64,000 nt of DNA from Octopus sinensis (lineage: Eukaryota): contig NC_043009.1 of assembly GCF_006345805.1 (NCBI RefSeq), forward strand, positions 63,364,001 through 63,428,000. Reading direction: 5' to 3'. How positions within the stretch are numbered: the first letter of the stretch is position 1; each line of letters starts with the position of its first letter. Below the pieces are notes generated by a model. It saw only the letters and a list, made by a program, of their open reading frames with translations. It made no database searches and had not been told where the DNA came from. Shown here piece after piece: positions 60,907-64,000 of this stretch. Both the position numbers and the translations under genes were made by a program.

Positions 60907-61371
60907 ATTATAACTGAAAGGCTCCTCCGATTTCCCGTGCTCCGAGTTACTCGCTTACGATCATCTGCTGGTAAACCGAGCTTGGTTTTCTTTTGAATAT
61001 TCACTGTCTGAATATTTTTTGAAATACGAAATGAAAGGTTGAAGGAAACGCTTATCCTTATGTCCTTTGGTTTAAAAACCTTTGTGAACTACACCTACGA
61101 AAACAGATGCTTCAAGCTTACGCTTTGGATGTCATTTCTGGCTCCCGCGGTAATATTGTTATAACCGTCATAAACATAAAATGTAATGAGAGTCGCCTAT
61201 AGAGGACATTGCCTGACGACTCTACCCCCACGACAATTTAATTTCAATGAATCAATACACGAAGGAGGCGGATGAACGAAAGGGTTTTATGGTGGTGTCT
61301 GTTTGAAGTATGTCTGACCATACCAAGATTAAAACATTTTTTCACTAGGTTTGTCGAAATATTTATGCTAT

Positions 61372-61800
61372 AGGCGCAGGAGTGGCTGTGTGGTAAGTGG
61401 CTTGCTAAGCAACCACATGGTTCCGGGTTCAGTCCCACTGCGTGGCATCTTGGGCAAGTGTCTTCTGCTATAGCCCCGGGCCGACCAATGCCTTGTGAGT
61501 GGATTTGGTAGACGGAAACTGGAAGAAGCCTGTCGTATATATGTCTATATATATGTGTGTGTGTATGTATGTATGTGTTTGTGTGTCTGTGTTTGTCCCC
61601 CCCCCCAACATCGCTTGACAGCCGATGTTGGTGTGTTTACGTCCCCGCCACTTAGCGGTTCGGCAAAAGAGACCGATAGAATAAGTACTGGGCTTGCAAA
61701 GAATAAGTCCCGGGGTCGATTTGCTCGACTAAAGGCGGTGCTCCAGCATGGCCGCAGTCAAATGACTGAAACAAGTAAAAGAGTAAAAGAGTAAAGAGTA
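61372..61800 (+). mobile_element. SINE type B, full length
   Basis: Head, core and tail intact. Confidence 0.9.
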
Positions 61801-62493
61801 TAAAACTACTACACGGTATTATTTTCCAATATCCGTGTCTCGCGATTCATGATGTGGGGTCCTATGTATTTCAATTTATCTTTGAAACGGTTTCGTGCTA
61901 AGCCTCAGTTGGCTCTGCAGTAGTATGGCGAACCTCTATTGAATACTCACTTTATCAGATAAGAGATTAAAAATGGGTCCACTAAGGTTATCTACACAGC
62001 AATCGGATCCCTTGTTTACAGATATTGTTTCTTCATTCAAACATTTCTCTAGTGTTTCTTATATCCTGAAGACTTACTATTTCAGATCTGAAATGTTTAG
62101 ACCAAATTCTTTGAATATAGTGACTTTTTTTCTTCTTCCTAAGTTTATCTATATCATGTCCATTCATGTTAAGGAATGCGATAATTCCGACGTATCTGTA
62201 TACTTAAGTGATATTAGGTTTATATTACGTTCCTGACTATGGAAAGAAATACATAAACAACCAATAATATAGTTTTTCATCGCCCTAGCTTACCCTTTGA
62301 CACATTCAATTCTATGTTGCTTGATCCAGAAGAAACCGTCATAGAAAATAATGGTTTCAAATTCTGGTTATATAGGGCCAGCAGTTTTTGAAGGGAGGGG
62401 GACGTTGATTACATAGACCCGAGTATATGACTGGTACTTATTTCATCGACCCCGAAGAGATGGAAGAAAAAGTCAATTCTGCCTGCTCGACCT

Positions 62494-62569
<76 letters not shown>

Positions 62570-62570
<1 letters not shown>

Positions 62571-62854
62571 GAGTGAGAGAGCAGTGCATGCCATCAAAGT
62601 GACACTGGGGTAAAATATATGAAGCCCAGTATACCCATCATGACTACCCGTCTGATAAGGATACACCAGGCACATGCATCATAACCATATGTGCGCGACA
62701 TGGTGATCTCATATCAAGATAAACAGCACATGACCTTGCAGGTGGGGCCCAGTTAGAATTTTCTTCAGGTTGAGTAGCCCATCCCGCTGAAAAGGTCCCT
62801 GAATAAGGGTTGTTTAAGGATGTTGAAAGAACCACCCATGTTTCCAGAGGTGAA
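62570..62854 (-). mobile_element. (TAA)n-associated retroelement, copy 5, 5'-truncated to about half
   Basis: 3' end intact. Long (ATT)n on both sides. Confidence 0.88.
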
Positions 62855-62855
62855 C

Positions 62856-62914
<59 letters not shown>

Positions 62915-62924
62915 TGATTTCAAA

Positions 62925-63128
62925 TTCGGGCCAGCAATTTCGATGTGGTAGAGGGGTGAAGTCGATTATATCGACCCCCACCCCAATACTCAACCAGTAC
63001 TTATTTTATTGACCCCGAAGGGATGAAATGCAAAGTCGACCTCGGCAGAATTTGAACTCAGAACGTAAAGATGGACGAAAATACGCTAAGCATTTTGACT
63101 GGCATTCTAACGACTCTGCCAGCTCGCC
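62925..63128 (-). mobile_element. SINE type A
   Basis: Reverse complement of the type A motifs. Confidence 0.8.
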
Positions 63129-63320
63129 TTCTTCTTCTTCTTCTTCTTCTTCTTCTTCTTCTTCTTCTTCTTTCTTCTTCTTCTTCTTCTTCTTCTTCTT
63201 CTTCTTCTTTCTTCTTTTTTCTTCTTCTTCTTCTTCTTCTTCTTCTTCTTCTTCTTCTTCTTCATCATCATCATCATCATCATCATCACCATCACCATTA
63301 CCATCATCATCATCATTATG

Positions 63321-63388
<68 letters not shown>

Positions 63389-63395
63389 CATTATA
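63128..63395. repeat. Compound (TTC)n-(ATC)n-(ATT)n trinucleotide array
   Basis: Directly visible. Confidence 0.97.
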
Positions 63396-63425
63396 GTATT
63401 ATCATTATAAGTGTATCGATTATAT

Positions 63426-63913
63426 GGCGGCGAGCTGGCAGGGTCGCTGGTAAGCCGGGCGAAATGCTTAGCACGCATTTCTCCCGACTCTTTACGTTCC
63501 GGGTTCAAACACCGCCCAGATTAACTTTGCCTTTCATCATTTCGTGGGTTGATAAAATAAAGTACGAACCAAGTACTCGGATCGAGGTAATGTTTTTTTT
63601 TTTTTTTTCAAATTCGCAAACTTTCAGAATGATTTTACTAAACTCAGTAGAGTTACATTTGGATTTTTCTTCGATATTAAACTTCGTGTGGCGTTACTGC
63701 AGTTCCATTTGCTCCGGGTTCGTTATTTAAAAAAATTAGGGAATTTTGAAAGGCGTAGGAGTGGCTGTGTGGTAAGTAGCTTGCTTACCAACCACATGGC
63801 TCCGGGTTCAGTCCCACTGCGTGGCACCTTGGGCAAGTGTCTTCCACTATAGCTTCGGATCGACCAAAGCCTTGTGAGTGGATTTGGTAGACGGAACTTG
63901 AAAGGAGCTCGTC

Positions 63914-63920
<7 letters not shown>
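63426..63920 (+). mobile_element. SINE type A (63426-63590) and 5' part of SINE type B (63752-63920)
   Basis: Head motifs are recognisable. Confidence 0.8.
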
Positions 63921-63948
<28 letters not shown>

Positions 63949-64000
63949 TATATATATATGTGGTGTGTGTGTGTGTGGTGTGTGTGTGTGTGTGTGTGTG

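Noticed and set aside
59919-61004. 361-aa ORF (MNIQKKTKLG... followed by MYVC repeats) and the other long YI/HT/CV/LLL/NNN ORFs
   Set aside because: These are translations of microsatellites, which lack stop codons in most frames. The short non-repetitive N-terminus has no recognisable homology or splice support.

Overview
Very AT-rich, microsatellite-dense eukaryotic DNA with a 100-N scaffold gap at 18263-18362. The SINE repertoire and 5S-like sequence look cephalopod (Octopus-like); this is an inference. Nearly all long ORFs in the track are translations of (TA)n, (CA)n, (TACA)n or (TAA)n repeats. No intact gene or transposase is present. The window is probably intronic: it has one good symmetric 105-nt coding-exon candidate (41265-41369, +) and one weaker 29-nt micro-exon candidate. 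Recognisable mobile DNA includes four tRNA-headed SINE types, decayed LINE remnants (HERO, R4/Dong, RTE, CR1, possibly Penelope), a DD37D maT transposase, a MULE transposase, hAT and Tc1-type MITEs, and two non-autonomous Helitrons. Best leads: (1) two unrelated fold-back cassettes in (TA)n tracts, each carrying a mirror-image pair of type I hammerhead ribozyme motifs, plus solitary hammerheads with palindromic stem III; (2) a full-length 5S-rRNA head fused to a CR1-like 3' tail (candidate SINE3); (3) a ~555-bp retroelement with no tRNA head, whose five copies all sit in (TAA)n arrays, the known Dong target.
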